A stretch of 64,000 nt of DNA from Camelus ferus (taxonomy: Eukaryota): assembly GCF_009834535.1 (NCBI RefSeq), contig NC_045696.1, forward strand, positions 63,614,001 through 63,678,000. The letters run 5' to 3'. Under the pieces are notes generated by a model. The model had not been told where the DNA came from, ran no database searches, and saw only the letters and a program-made list of their open reading frames with translations. The position numbers and the translations under genes are program-made. Of the stretch, positions 36,886-49,520 are shown in pieces. How positions within the stretch are numbered: the first letter of the stretch is position 1; each line of letters starts with the position of its first letter.

Positions 36886-38904
36886 AAAATATACTTATTG
36901 TTCATGGAAGTATTTGTTAATATAGTCATGTGAACATGTACACATATGGTTTTGCTCTTTTTATTGCTGTTATATGTAAACACGGTTATGTGTATAGGTA
37001 CATATATGCTATTGCTTGCATCTTATTACTGTTTTCTGGTTGGAGCTTTTGACCCCATATCTTATCATTTTCTTAGTGTTACTATGAGTAACAATGTAAG
37101 GAATTGATTTGATGTGCTGTCTTCCCATCTATTAAAGAAGAAGGGATGTTAAGTCCCTATCTATTCTGAGCTTTCCCTGTACCTCTGCTGTCAGCCACCT
37201 GGCTTCCAACTGTCTTTATTAATTGTTTAAGCAATAATTCCACCCAGATTTACTGAGCAGAGTCCACCTAAGTTTGGCACCTTGGAGCAGGTAGAGGTGA
37301 ATATGCTTAGGACTCTGGGAGAAGAGACCCATCAAACAGCAAAAGAGAAAAATGTGCACAAATCACTGAAATATAACACAGCGATCAAATGATATTATAG
37401 GAAAAGAGCAAACAGGGAACCAAAGGTGAGAAAGAGGACTTCCGGCAGGAGAATCAAAGATTTCCTGGTGGTGGTGGTTGGATAGGTGTCGGGGTGGGGA
37501 GCCTCTGCACTAGAATGCTAAGGGTCCAGCAGGACTTGAGTACTTTGAATTGGAGGCTCTGGGCAAAAATGTGGTGAAAGCTCTCTTTACTCTGTGCCTG
37601 AGAGGGCAACAAGCCTACCTATGAGAGGCAGGTAATATTTATCAACCAGGTCAGGTCCGGTTACAGCAATGGAAAGGACCACCCCGAATATCGGGATTCA
37701 CCTGGAATAGCTCTCGTACCAAACGTCTCTCTTGTTTGGTAGAGAAAAGGGTCGACCATCTCCTGTGCAGAGGTTTTAGTGAAATGGTTTGCACATTTGC
37801 TGGAAAGGGTTGACCCAGGAATGGGTTCTCAGGAATGGAAAAAAGCTGGATGAGCTGTCACTTGGAGAGATGCAGGTAGATTCTTGGCTTGGGAAGCTTT
37901 TGGGGGTGCATTTATATAATACTGTTCCTTTTGCGATAGCGCAAGGGAATGAGAGGAGCAGGATGAAGATGAGGAGGAGTGATCAGGCAGCAAAATAGTA
38001 CTCGAGTAGCACTTGAAACCAGCACCTTTGAGTTATCCAGTGTACAGTGTGCGCTCCCATCCCGAGTTACAAGCAGCTGAATTGAATTAAACAACAATCC
38101 CTCCTTTGCTGCAACCTGGCCTGCCAAATTCTCAGCTGGCGTGAGTTTTTATAGCTGAGTTATAAACCCCCGAAAAGCGAGGCATATAATGGAAACATTG
38201 ACATAATTTGAACTCCAAGGAGCGGCTTGTGCCACTCTAATTATCCTTACGTTCCATTGGCCCATTTCTCTCCTACCACTGGCAGGACCTGCCTAACGGT
38301 CCAGGGGGCTGGAGGGCTGAAGCTGGGCTTTGCTGGGATAATGAGACAGTGTCTGCTGGTGGGAAGCCCCTTGTTCCATACATACTAGCCCCTCCCATTT
38401 CCCTTCCTTTCCTTGTTCTCCCCCTGCACCGCCTCCCCCAACCCCCCCCCCCCAAAATAAAAGCAGAACAGTTCAGTTGGTTGTAAAAATTAATGAGTTC
38501 AGATACAGACTTGCCTTATTCCGGTCCAGCTGCGTAACCAGGGCGATTCCGACCAGCATTCTAGACGCTGACATCAGCTCCACACCCTGGTACAATGCTG
38601 CTCTGTTTGATCTCAGAAACAGATCAGGCTCCTGGGCTTTATACATCCTGCTTCCTCCCTTCGTAGACTCATTTTATTACCCACCAGGAGAACTCATCTC
38701 ACTGCTCCCCCCTGGGCAGCTAATTCCAGCGGATCAGGCCCTACAGCTGACTCTTCTTTTACCAGCTGGACACTTTGATCCCCGGCACCCCCCATCCCCG
38801 CCCCCAGGCGTTGACAACTGGTGGAGGACGAGAGTGATAATGATTTCACCACCTTCTCTTTGCATGGGACTTCACGATTTTCGATGCAATTCCTCAATTT
38901 TGTC

Positions 38905-39045
38905 AAAGTGGCCCAGGACCACCCTGGGTGGTGGCGGTGGGACACCCATTTTAAAGATGAAGGAAGTCTGGGAGAGCCGGTGAGTGGTGCGAGCAGAAAC
39001 AGATTACAGAGTCCTTGACTGCTAGTCCAGGCTCATTCCACGGAC
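38905..39045 (-). mobile_element. MIR fragment
   Basis: 'cccattttaaagatgaaggaa' and 'ttgactgctagtccagg'. Confidence 0.55.
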
Positions 39046-39513
39046 TCAAGGTGCTCACCCCTTGGGGCAGGCTCCAGACAAGGTAGGTTTAGTTTGTGTT
39101 GGTGAGCGGAGCTGGAAGAAAGCACTGTGGACCCACTTTTTGTCCGGCTAAAAGAGAGACACAGTGAGAGAGGCAGTGACAAATCCACCGTAGCCTTTTC
39201 AAAAGTGTATCATTAATTTGTCGCAGCCCTCCCCTTCTGGAGAATGCTGCTTCCTCATCTGCTGGCCCAAGAAGATTTATTTCCCAGGAGAACTAGACAG
39301 ACCTTTTGCTTATAGTGGTTCCAGAAGCATCAACCCCAAAGATGTGTTGTAAGCAGTTTAGGAGATTCCAGGAGAAGATGCTACAACAATGACAAACCTC
39401 TTTAGAAATAAGACATAGGGGTATAAACCTTATTACAGGAAAAGCTGCATTCCGGAGCTTGGGTAAGTGCTTTAGCAAGGATAAATTGAGCAGAGAAGAG
39501 GAGCACAGAGGTC

Positions 39514-39972
39514 CGTATCAGTTTCCTGGGGACACCATCAAAAAAGTACGACCGACTGAATGGCTTAAACAGCAGACATGGTTCTCTCCCAGTTCTAGAC
39601 GCGAGATGGTTGAAATCCGGATGTCAGCAGGGCCGTGCTCCCTCTGAGACTCTGGGTAGTATCCTTCCCTGACTCCTCCTAGTTCCCGTTGGTGGCTGGC
39701 AATCCTTGGCTTGCCTTGCAACACCCCCGTCTCGGTCACATCTGGCATTGTCCCTGTCTTCACATGGCATTTTCGTCTTCTTATAAGGACACAGGTTTTG
39801 GATTAGGGTCAACCTTAAGTTAAGATGAGATTGTAAAAGATTGCAGGCAGAGGCTGGGTCCTAATCCAATGACTAACGACTGTCCATCTAAGAAGAGAGC
39901 CTTGAGTTGATAACATCTGCAAAGATCCTACTTCTAAATAAGGTCAAGTTCACAGGGACCAGGAGCTAGGAA
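39514..39972 (-). mobile_element. MLT1C-like MaLR LTR with internal inverted segment
   Basis: 'gtatcagtttcct...tggcttaaacagcag...cagcagggccgtgctccctctga...cttataaggacac...catctgcaaagatcct...aaataaggtca'. Confidence 0.88.
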
Positions 39973-41187
39973 ATGAGGAGAGAGATGGCAGTCCTTGCAG
40001 AGATGCTCTGGGAGCGTCACTTGGGGCTCCAGACTCCCCTCCATGGCTCTTCTCACTTGGCCACAAGAATGAGAGTCAGACAGCTTATCCAACCTGACAA
40101 GGACCCCATCTGGGAACCTGAGCTGGTTTGCAGGTTCCACAGCCTACATTCATTCCATTGTATCCTGTCTCATGTGGACTTAACTTTTGAAGGGTGCTGG
40201 GATCCTGGACCAATGAAGCCACTTCCCTGAAGCCTCCCAGGGCTCCTCAGCTGACCCGGAAGCACAGCTTCGAGGTCCCCACTCTGGGTCTCGTGCTCTG
40301 CCCTCTGGTTATGCCTCCACTTTATCATATAGCCTGGCTCCCTTTAAAGTTGCTTCAACTTGTATTTATCGTCATCTTCCATTGTTTCTGTTTTCCTGTG
40401 TCCCTTTAATTTGTAGAGGACATAAACTCAGCATGTTTAGTTTTTGAAATAGATTTGCTGTGCAGGTCTCATGGTTCTCCAGTGGCTTAAAATGTATAGT
40501 TTTGTGAATCTCTTTGTGCCAGTCTCAGTGTTCCCTGTGGGAAGCAGCAGGACACCAGGGAGGTCGTTGATTCAACTTTAGGGGTTATAACGCATTCCCG
40601 GGACCATACAGATGATATTCTGTCTCATTGTCCCTGAAGCTACTGAAATATGCCAGAAATGACCGTGTTTCAGCATCTAAGTGCCACGTTTCAGATTGCC
40701 TCTTATCCCCAGAAATGACTTCCATGAACAGCCATCAGTAAGCCACCGTAATGGTGCTGAAATGGGAACAGCATGGTCATTCCATCACTAAAGCCCCTCC
40801 CACTCTGAGACTGGACGCACACTGCTGTTTTCTGCCAGGGCTCTGATTTACGAGATGCTATATGAGTTCTGTGTTTAATATATGTGGCTGGCTGCCCTCG
40901 GTGCACACGACTTGCTGGAATTCTTTTTCACATGATTAGATGGATCACATTTATGTTATATATTTACTGTTTGGGTACACAGGAAATCCCAGCCTTGTAC
41001 GGTATCAGTTAACTAACATACATACATATTGGAACGTGTCCCTACTCTCCACAGTTCCGTAGTAACGCTAAATGAGGACACGGGTCTGATCTGCATGAGT
41101 TTCAGTGAATAAGGTTCCAGCACAAAGCACAACTAGCTGTAGCTACTTCTAAGTAAAATTTGGATATAGAATGTGACTACAGCAGTT

Positions 41188-41560
41188 CTCATTTCTTAAA
41201 CAGATAATGAGTGCCCACTGGGTCCAAAGTGCCAGGCTTGTCTGTGTACTGAAATACAACTGATAAACAGCCTCCACGCTGGAGCAAAACGGTGAAAGAG
41301 GTCAGATGACGAGCGGAAATGACTGAAGACAAAGACAGCTGCAAGGCATGAGATGAAGTGCGGGAACTCAGAGGGGCGTGGTCATTTTTTTTTTCTGGGT
41401 GCCAGAGAATCAGAGAAGTTAACACGTATGGAGGAGTTAACATTTGAATTGAGCCTTGAGAGAGGAGGGGATTTGGGAAGCACAGAGAAGGGAAATGGGA
41501 GGTGGACGTTCCAGGCTGAGCCAACAAGACGAGCAAAAGCACAGGGGAGAGAAATCCTGA
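41188..41560 (-). mobile_element. LINE2 fragment
   Basis: 'tgagtgcccact...gtgccaggc' and 'ggaggagttaacatttgaattgagccttga'. Confidence 0.65.
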
Positions 41561-41749
41561 ATCCCAGAGCTGGGAACTTACAAATGATGCTCTCTGGATA
41601 ACACTGTCCAAGGAACGAATCTCTGCTTCTAGAGCCTTCACACCAAAGGTGGGTGGTGATAACCAGGCACGTGTTAGGGAATCTCATGCTGCTGTCACCA
41701 CCATGGATTTGTTTGATGCCCAGAACGAACTTGGAAAGGACAGAACCTG

Positions 41750-41870
41750 GGTGTCCCCATTTCACAGATGAGGAAACAGAGTCAAAAAGCAAAGTCTTCA
41801 CAACTAGCAAGTAACTGAACAAGGAGAAGAAGGCAAGTTTTCAGAGATACAGTGCCCTCCTTTCTCTACT
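41750..41870 (-). mobile_element. MIR fragment
   Basis: 'ccccatttcacagatgaggaaacagag'. Confidence 0.75.
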
Positions 41871-43699
41871 GGCCGCACTGAGGGGTCGATGCCCTGGACT
41901 GTTTTATGTGGTCTCTGCTAAGCTGTCCAGCTTTACACAATTCTGTTCATAAAAACATACTAGGTACTATATACTAATAATACTAATGCTATAGCTAATC
42001 CCTCCCTCAGGAAACACTCCTTGAGGGAAAACATCAGAAAATCACCCTCCACATCTAATGGCTTTGAGTTGCATTGCTTACTTATTTCTTCTATACTTGT
42101 ACTTTGAAAATTAATATCAATTGGACTTTATGAAACTGTTCCCCACAGAATATTTTCAATTGTTTAAAAAAATAATAATCACACCCCCACTGACGGAGGC
42201 TTTCACTGTGGCGCCAAGCTGTTGTCCATTTTGGGTGGATTTTTCTTTTGTTTAGCCGGTAATTGCTGCAGGGCTGCTGTCCTGGGCTCCTCTCGGCCAG
42301 GGCGGATGTGTCCCCTAAAACAAATTGCCTCTAGTCCATGTCTGAACTCTTCCGTCCTCTCAAGTTTACCTCAAGCATCACAAAGAAGCCTCTCCATCAG
42401 TCACTTTCCAACAGATCAGCGCGGATTTAATCCCAATCAGAGGATCTGAGAGCCAGCAAGATGGGGCTGTCAGGAGGCCCACTCTGGCTGGTCTGAAGCC
42501 TCTGACTGAGTCAACACAATCTGAAAGGGCTGGGGAGCTTGAAAGTAAGCTGTAAATGATCCCATCTGTGATTCGTGGCTCTCAATTCCTCTGGGGGAGA
42601 CCCAAGGGGGGAGGCACCAGAAGAGAAGTTCTCTTTGCTTTGAACAAAATCTCGTTACCCTTCTAGCATCTTCCTTGTTTGGGGTATTTTCCAAGTGAAA
42701 GTTCATGAGGGAGACACGAAAGCACGTTTTGCTAATATCCATCAAAGAGAGGGGCTTGGTTTCAAAGCACAGAAGAAATACAATAGTGCTGAAGCAAACT
42801 GCATGAAAAAGATCTTAATGGCCCCAAGGATCGAGAAGGAAACAGGGACTGGTGACTTAAAAAAATTTTTTTAAGCCTATCTTTATTTGGGACAAAATAA
42901 GTGAGTCCCAGGAAAATGAGTATCTCCTGGGCTTTCTCTTATTTACATAGGGCAGCCTGAACTAAACATTCTGGAATGTTTGTAAATGTTTGGGTTTCCT
43001 TTTCCATATTTTCTCCTGTTGGCACCAAACCTGAAGGGCTCAGAATTTCTCAAACACGGTTCTTACCCACAGTGATGACTATTATTAACATGTATTGATC
43101 TAGAGGATATACAGAAACAGGATTAAGTGCAGATCCGGAGCCCAGGGATTAGGTCTGGCTGGAGAGTAGAATGTAAACAGGGGATGTCTGAGCGTTGGGG
43201 AGCAGGGGGGGCTCATTAGAGGTCTGGGCTGGGGAACACGGTGGCTTTGTGTCTGTCCTTAAGCCAGGGAGTGGGTCTGCATGCTGGTGAGCATTAGCCG
43301 GGCTCCCTGGCTTGGTCATTGGTCCAAGGGCCAGAATGGCTGCTTCCTAGGGCTCTCCAGGGGGTGTTGGGCAGGTTCCAGGAAGACATGCCCTTCTGCA
43401 AGGAGCACTCAGGCCCGGGAGAGGATAGCTTTCTCGTCTGTCGAGCTTTTTGCTGAGGAAATCCCAGCTGGTCTCAGGCACCATCCTTTTGGGAGCAGGG
43501 TCGCCTCCATTTCAGAAAGACCTGTCTCCCTTGGCTGCCTATGGAAGGAATGGCTGTTCTCTGTATGTCAATCCTTGTGCATTGTGAACCAGCCACCCCC
43601 CAATCCCCCCAAAATACCTCTTTCAAAATAAGGCCTTGGGTGAACATAGCTGAGGAACTCTAACTCCCCAGGAGAAAATTCATCATAAGAAGTCAGGCT

Positions 43700-44132
43700 G
43701 CCATAAATTCATTTTTGAATAATTTCATTTTTGAATGAAATTTTGCCATACGCAGCCATAATATGCTAAATGAAACAGGTCAGAAAGAGAAAGACAAATA
43801 CTGTATGATATCAGTTCTATGCAAAATGTAAGAAATACAACAAACTAGTGAATATAATAAAAAAGAAGCAGACTCACAGATACGAAGAACAAACTAGTGG
43901 TTACCAGTGGGGAGAGGGAAGCAGGGAGGGCAAGATGGGTACAGGGGAATAAGAGGTATAAACTATTACGTGTAAGATAAGCCACAAAGATGTATGGTAC
44001 AACACGGGGAATATAGCCAATATTTTATAATAATGATAAATGGAGTATAACCTTTAAAACTGTGAATCACTGTGCGGAACACCTGTCATTTATATAATAT
44101 TGTACATCAACTATACCTCAATTAAAAAGTAA
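43700..44132 (+). mobile_element. L1 3' end (cetartiodactyl type), 5' truncated
   Basis: 'gagaaagacaaatactgtatgatatc...gcagactcacagat...tcaactatacctcaattaaaaa'. Degenerate TSD aagaagtcaggctgc (43687) / aaggattccggctgc (44133). Confidence 0.9.
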
Positions 44133-44394
44133 AAGGATTCCGGCTGCAACCCTGTGCCATAAGAATCACTGAACCTGGGCTCCCAGCGGTGAGACAGGGA
44201 CTGTGCCGCAAGCCGTCTGATGGGTCTCCTCTCCCACTGCTGGAGATGAATCTAGTCCATCTGGGACTCCCATCTTCGTAGGTTGGCTTGGGGGCGTCTT
44301 CTAGATCAGGGCTTCTCGGCCTCAGCACTGTCGATGTCCTCATCGGTAGCCAGGATGCAGGGGAAGCAGAGCTCGCCCTGGCACTAAGCGTATC

Positions 44395-44610
44395 CGGTGA
44401 GCGTCACAGGCTTTGGAATCAAAGGTATGGGTTCAAACCCAGCTTCAGTTGCTCAGTTTTCTAAGCTGTAAAATGGAGATAGTATCACCCATCTGAGAGA
44501 ATACCAGTGAAGGGTGAATGTGGTGATATATATGTGTTTATATATACACATATATATGTGATCGCTTAGCACAGTGCCTGCACGCAGTTAAGTGCTAAGT
44601 AAATGGTGGG
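44395..44610 (+). mobile_element. MIR SINE with internal deletion
   Basis: 'ggctttggaatc...gggttcaaacccagct...ctgtaaaatggagata...gcttagcacagtgcctg'. Confidence 0.85.
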
Positions 44611-45451
44611 TTCCCCATTGCCTGTTGTGGGCGTCACAGAGAAGTGTGTGGACAGGGACATTAATATTTAGGAAGCACTTGCTCTGTGTTACACATCCTA
44701 CGATTGTTTTCACTGGGTGTAGGAAGAATAGACTCTCCCCTCGCTGGGTATGGTACCAGCCGTTGACTTAAGGCGATGCAGATGCCTGGCATCTGAGCTG
44801 TGGGGGGAGGAAACGAATGCATGCATCCTTCTTCTAGATCGAATGCAAAAAGCCTGATATGTGCTCTTCTCCAGTGACTTCTTCATTTGTTCTTAACTGA
44901 TGGTAAGTTTTGCAGCTGCAGTTATATGTAAAGTCTATAAAGAGAAAAGACTTGTTTTCTTTTATGCCCAGGCTTTGGATCTTACCGAGTTGCATATTCA
45001 GATTTGGTACCCATCCTTTTACTCCCAACCACGAACATTTCTTCACCATCCCCATCACTCAGAATTCAGGCTCCCAATGCCTGGGCAAGAAATCCCGAAT
45101 TTTCCATTGAGCAACTCAGGTAAAGTGGGAATTGGTAGAAAAGGTAAGTGAGAAAACAGAGAAGAAGAGACAGGGAGAGAACCATTCTCTGGTCAAGTCA
45201 ACAACTGTTCGGTAGGTGCATGCTGCCTGACAGCCACTGTGCTCGGTGCTGAGGTTATAAAGATGATCAAAACTCAGCCTCTGACCTCAAAAATGTCAGG
45301 GCTGCCACTTGTCCTAGGAGCTGGTTAAAATTTGCAAACATTCAACAGGTTGCAAACTTAAGATTTGGGCAGTTTTTGATGTATGTTATTCCTCAATAGA
45401 ATTTTTTTTTTAAATAGCAGCCAACCAAGAAACATAAACCAGATCATTCTT

Positions 45452-45476
45452 AAAGAAGGTGTGGCGCGTGCGCATG

Positions 45477-45507
<31 letters not shown>

Positions 45508-45970
45508 GAATACTACTGAGCCATAAAAAGAATGAAATAATGCCATTTGCAGCAACATGGATGGACCTGGAGATTGTCATACCAAGTGAAGTAAATCAGA
45601 CAGAGAAAGAGAAATACCATATAGTATCACTTATATGTGGAATCTAAAAAAATGACACAAACGAACTTATTTATAAAACTGAAACAGACTCACAGATGTA
45701 GAAAACAAACTATGGTTACCAGGGAGGAAAGGGAGGGCGCATTGAGGGATAAATTGGGAGTTCAGGATTTGCAGTTACTAACTAATGTATATAAATTAGA
45801 TAAACAGCAAGGTCCTCCTGTATAGCACAGGGAACTATATTCAATACTTTGTAATAGCCTATAATGAAAAAGAGTATGAAACGGAATTTAGATACATGTG
45901 GATGACTGAATCACTATGCTGTACACCAAAAGCAAACATTGTAAACCGACTATACTTCAATCGAAAAAAA
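45452..45970 (+). mobile_element. L1 3' end (cetartiodactyl type) containing (CA)n
   Basis: ORF2 end KKNEIMPFAATWMDLEIVI, 3'UTR ending 'gactatacttcaatcgaaaaaaa'. Flanking 'atcattct' at 45443 and 45977. Confidence 0.92.
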
Positions 45971-45984
45971 CACACCATCATTCT

Positions 45985-46260
45985 AAGTGCTGGGTGCAGA
46001 TGTGCCCAGGGCATTGTGGGAGAACGAGAAGAAGGTAGGATGTGTTCTGTGTGAGGGAAGGCTTCCTGGAGGGGCAGGTTGGGTTCCTGACAGAGGTTCC
46101 AAGTGAGCGAAGCTGTGGAGGAGAGAAACCATGTGGTGTGGGCAGGACACTCTGAGGAGCCCCGGCTTGCAGGAGCATAAACTGTGAGGCAGGAGCCAAT
46201 GAGCACTGAGGTTGGAGAGGGAGGCAGGGACTTTGTCTGGGAGGTGGGCTTGAACTTGTG
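45985..46260 (-). mobile_element. LINE2 fragment
   Basis: 'gtgagggaaggcttcctggagg' L2 signature. Confidence 0.55.
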
Positions 46261-47254
46261 GGTGATGGAGAGTCCTGGGCAGGTTCCTGTCAAAGGAGGA
46301 AGTGGTCCGATATGCGTTGTAGACGTTAGTGTGAAGGCTGGCTCAAGACCAGGGGCAGGGAAGCCAGTTTTGAGGCCATTGCCATTTTCCAGATAAGAAA
46401 TGGGTAAGAGTTTGAACTAAGATACAAGCTTTGATACATCATGCGGACGCAGACACAAGCACATAATACTTTCCAATTGAAGACTTTCATATGCTCTTTT
46501 ACAGAAAAGCCCATTTGAGCTTGGTAGACACAAAGGTAGCATTGTTCAAGAGGAACTCATTTCTTGCTTATTTCTTTTTTTGGTAGCAGGAGATGTTGGG
46601 TGTGAGTTCAGTGCTCCTGTGTCAGCTCTAAGCAGCATGCATTTCAGGTCTTCCGCATTTTTGGTTTTGGAGACATTTGTGAGAAAGTAATTCTTCCATA
46701 TCCTTTTGGGGGTTTACTTGCCACTTGTCTCTTCTCCGAAATATTTTCTGTTATCTGCTTTACTGGCGAGACTCTCGTCTGGGGAGTGAACACACTGTAT
46801 TAGCTCATCTTTTCCACCGTTGGCTCCTCGCTTCTTTCCTCATCTCTTCTTGAAGAAGCACCCAAGCAGCAAAATGGGGAAGAGATTTTATTTCCTCTCT
46901 GTAACTGCCCCCCCCACCCCCCTCCACATTGACTAACATGTTTTCTCATGCCCTGTTCCTTTAAACTAGGAGACTGAAAGGTCTGCTCAGTCATTCCAGA
47001 ACCGTGGCTGTGAGAGTGACACTGCTGGTGCCCTGGACTCGGGTGGGGAGCATAAGCTTGGAGCTGCGGACTCAGGATCGTTCTGGACACTTGCATTCCA
47101 GCTGGAGGAGAGTCGGGAGGTGGTGACCAGTACAGGTGATCGTCTAGCCAAACTCTTGGGCTTCAAAGGAATGTTGATTTCATTGTCTTCTAAAGGGGAC
47201 GAGTAAATAACGAGATATTGTCTGACGTATTGCCCCAGCCAGAGTGTTTCCTGC

Positions 47255-47425
47255 TGCCGAGCGCTGGAAGACTTGTGTGAGCCACTCGTGAGGAGTGTGG
47301 CTCTGGGCAAGTGACTTCACCTCTGGAAGACCCACCTCCTCTTTATAGATCATGTAAAGGGGATAACAGAGCCTGTCGTTTTGCCCTTACAGGTTGTGTG
47401 ACGTTGGTGGTGGAAGCATTTTGGA
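47255..47425 (+). mobile_element. MIR SINE
   Basis: 'tgtggctctgggcaagtgacttcacctct' and 'tgtaaaggggataac'. Confidence 0.7.
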
Positions 47426-48249
47426 CACTGAGAAATGCATTTTGGAAATAATGGCCTAGTAAGAGAATTTTATCCCGAACATTAACCAAAGCCCCACTGA
47501 AGCAGTTTTGATTGTAATAAACAATCAATTTTTAAAATATTTGACCTGTCTTGGTGGGAGAAGTTTGAAAATTCAACAGTATTTGAACTGTTGATTATTG
47601 GACTTTTTGGATTTTTTTTTTTTTTAACTTTGGCACACTGATCTATCTAAACCTGGTAGGGAGAAGTCTCCCCACGTTGTCTCTTGGAGAGACTCCCAAC
47701 TGGCAACTATGGAGAAATAAAGAGAAAGTATGCAAAATGCTCCTTCAGTTGGGTGGGAGTACCTAATGATGTCTTGATTCTCCATAACAGAAAGACCTGT
47801 GACAGGTGTTTGCTGGTTTCCTTTGGTCTCTCAGCCTACTTATCTCTCTCTTTTCCTTTGCAGGGCTTTACAAGCTCATTTTCATGCCCAACAAGGTAGA
47901 AACTCACTGGAAAGTGGAAACTGAGACTTAGCACTATGAGAAGGGAGGCACTGGCTCAGTCCCAGCACCCAGGCTTGGATCTGGGCTGTCCCCTGCCCTC
48001 CCTGCAGGGGACTGGGTAGGTCTCTTTGCCTCTCTTGGGCTGAGCTTCTCATGCATGGATTGGTTAGGATCCTATGATGGTCATTTCCAGCACAGGGATT
48101 GTGCACTGTCCCAGTATATAGTCAATAATACCTTCTAGGGACTGGGGCCTGGCGCTGCTGAGGGACTGGGTTACTGGTCCTACAGGACAGGATTTCCTGC
48201 CCACTCATGGCAGTTATCAGGACTTAACGTTTCTGTGCCAAGTCCCTGG

Positions 48250-48350
48250 GGTTTTTTTTCCCCCTCCTTGACGGAGGCACTGGGGATTGAACCCAGGACT
48301 TCGTGCACGCCAAGCACGTGCTCTGCCACTGAGCTGTACCCTGTACCCGT
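48250..48350 (-). mobile_element. tRNA-derived SINE (camelid type) with TSD
   Basis: Antisense B box 'ggattgaaccc' and A box 'ccactgagct'. TSD caagtccctgg at 48239-48249 and 48351-48361. Confidence 0.92.
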
Positions 48351-49473
48351 CAAGTCCCTGGTTTCTGCTCCTTACCATGATGTGAGGATTGGACATGCCC
48401 CAGCATTGCTGGGTGGCTCCAGCTTCCCCAGGATGTAGGACCGTGCGGGGCACAGACAGATGCTGTATTTTCCTTCAGCTCCTGTTCTGGGGAGGCAGCA
48501 AGGGAAGAAGTTGGAGAGGGGAGTGGTCGCTCTGCACAGGGACGCAAGGCGAGGGTGGTGGGAAGAGGGTCCCTTGTCAAGTACCAGGCCACCGCTGAGA
48601 CCTGTGGGGTGAGCATTACTCAGAGGGTGGGTCCAGGTTTCCACTTTAGAGCTGAAGTAAACTCTCCAGGCCCTGTTGTAGTTGGCTAATGGTGATCCCC
48701 AAACCACAGGCTCCAGAGATATGAGCCAGCGTTCCAGGAGAAGCCACCCACAGGGAGAAGGGAGGACAGAGGGAGACAAGCTGGCGCAGGGCCTGTGTGT
48801 TTGGAGCTGATTGTTTCAGATGGAGGGTGATTGTACCCTCCACCCCAGGGTTCATTGGTCAGACCTCAGGCAAAGTCCAGTCCACATCCACGGATGCTTA
48901 CATGACATGGAGCCGAGCTAGCCCTCCCCAAAGTCAACATCCAGAGAACCAAGGGAGTCAGGGGGTTCCTTACAAGTTCTTCATTCCATTTTTTGTTTTT
49001 TTTTCCCCCAAGCTCAGAAAAACCAGCTCACCACTTAGGAGGCTGGGTTTGGATGTCTCTCCAAACCCCCGGTCAGATTGCTATCTTTCAACAAAAACAC
49101 AGGGTTAGTTGAATTTTCTTCCAAATTTCATTTTAGACAATTATCTTGGCATGTTATCTGTAATATTTCCTTTGGAGGGTTCTTCCACACTGAAAAAAAC
49201 GAATTCATCTTCTCCTGTGAATTAGCATATTGAGAAATAAAGCCTCAAATCAGTCAAGATGTATGAAGACTTGCGTGGCTCCCGAGCATGAGCTACGCTG
49301 ACCATGGCGCTCATGGGGATGCAATAGCGAAGGAAGACCCTAGAAGAATGCAGGTCTGGACCCCCACTGGCAACCCACGAAATCTGAGAAGTCTTCCTTG
49401 AAAAGTCAGAGATTCAACCTCTTGCCTTAAGGTCAGGTCATACTTGAATCTTCAGACCCTTTCATCCTTCAGC

Positions 49474-49520
49474 ACACACACACACACACATACATGCTTG
49501 CACACGCACACATGCACACA
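49474..49520. repeat. Imperfect (CA)n
   Basis: Seen directly. Confidence 0.9.

Noticed and set aside
48250..48350. Possible tRNA genes here and at 10931 and 62149
   Set aside because: A and B boxes are present, but stems are degenerate, tails are A-rich and one has a TSD. These are SINEs.
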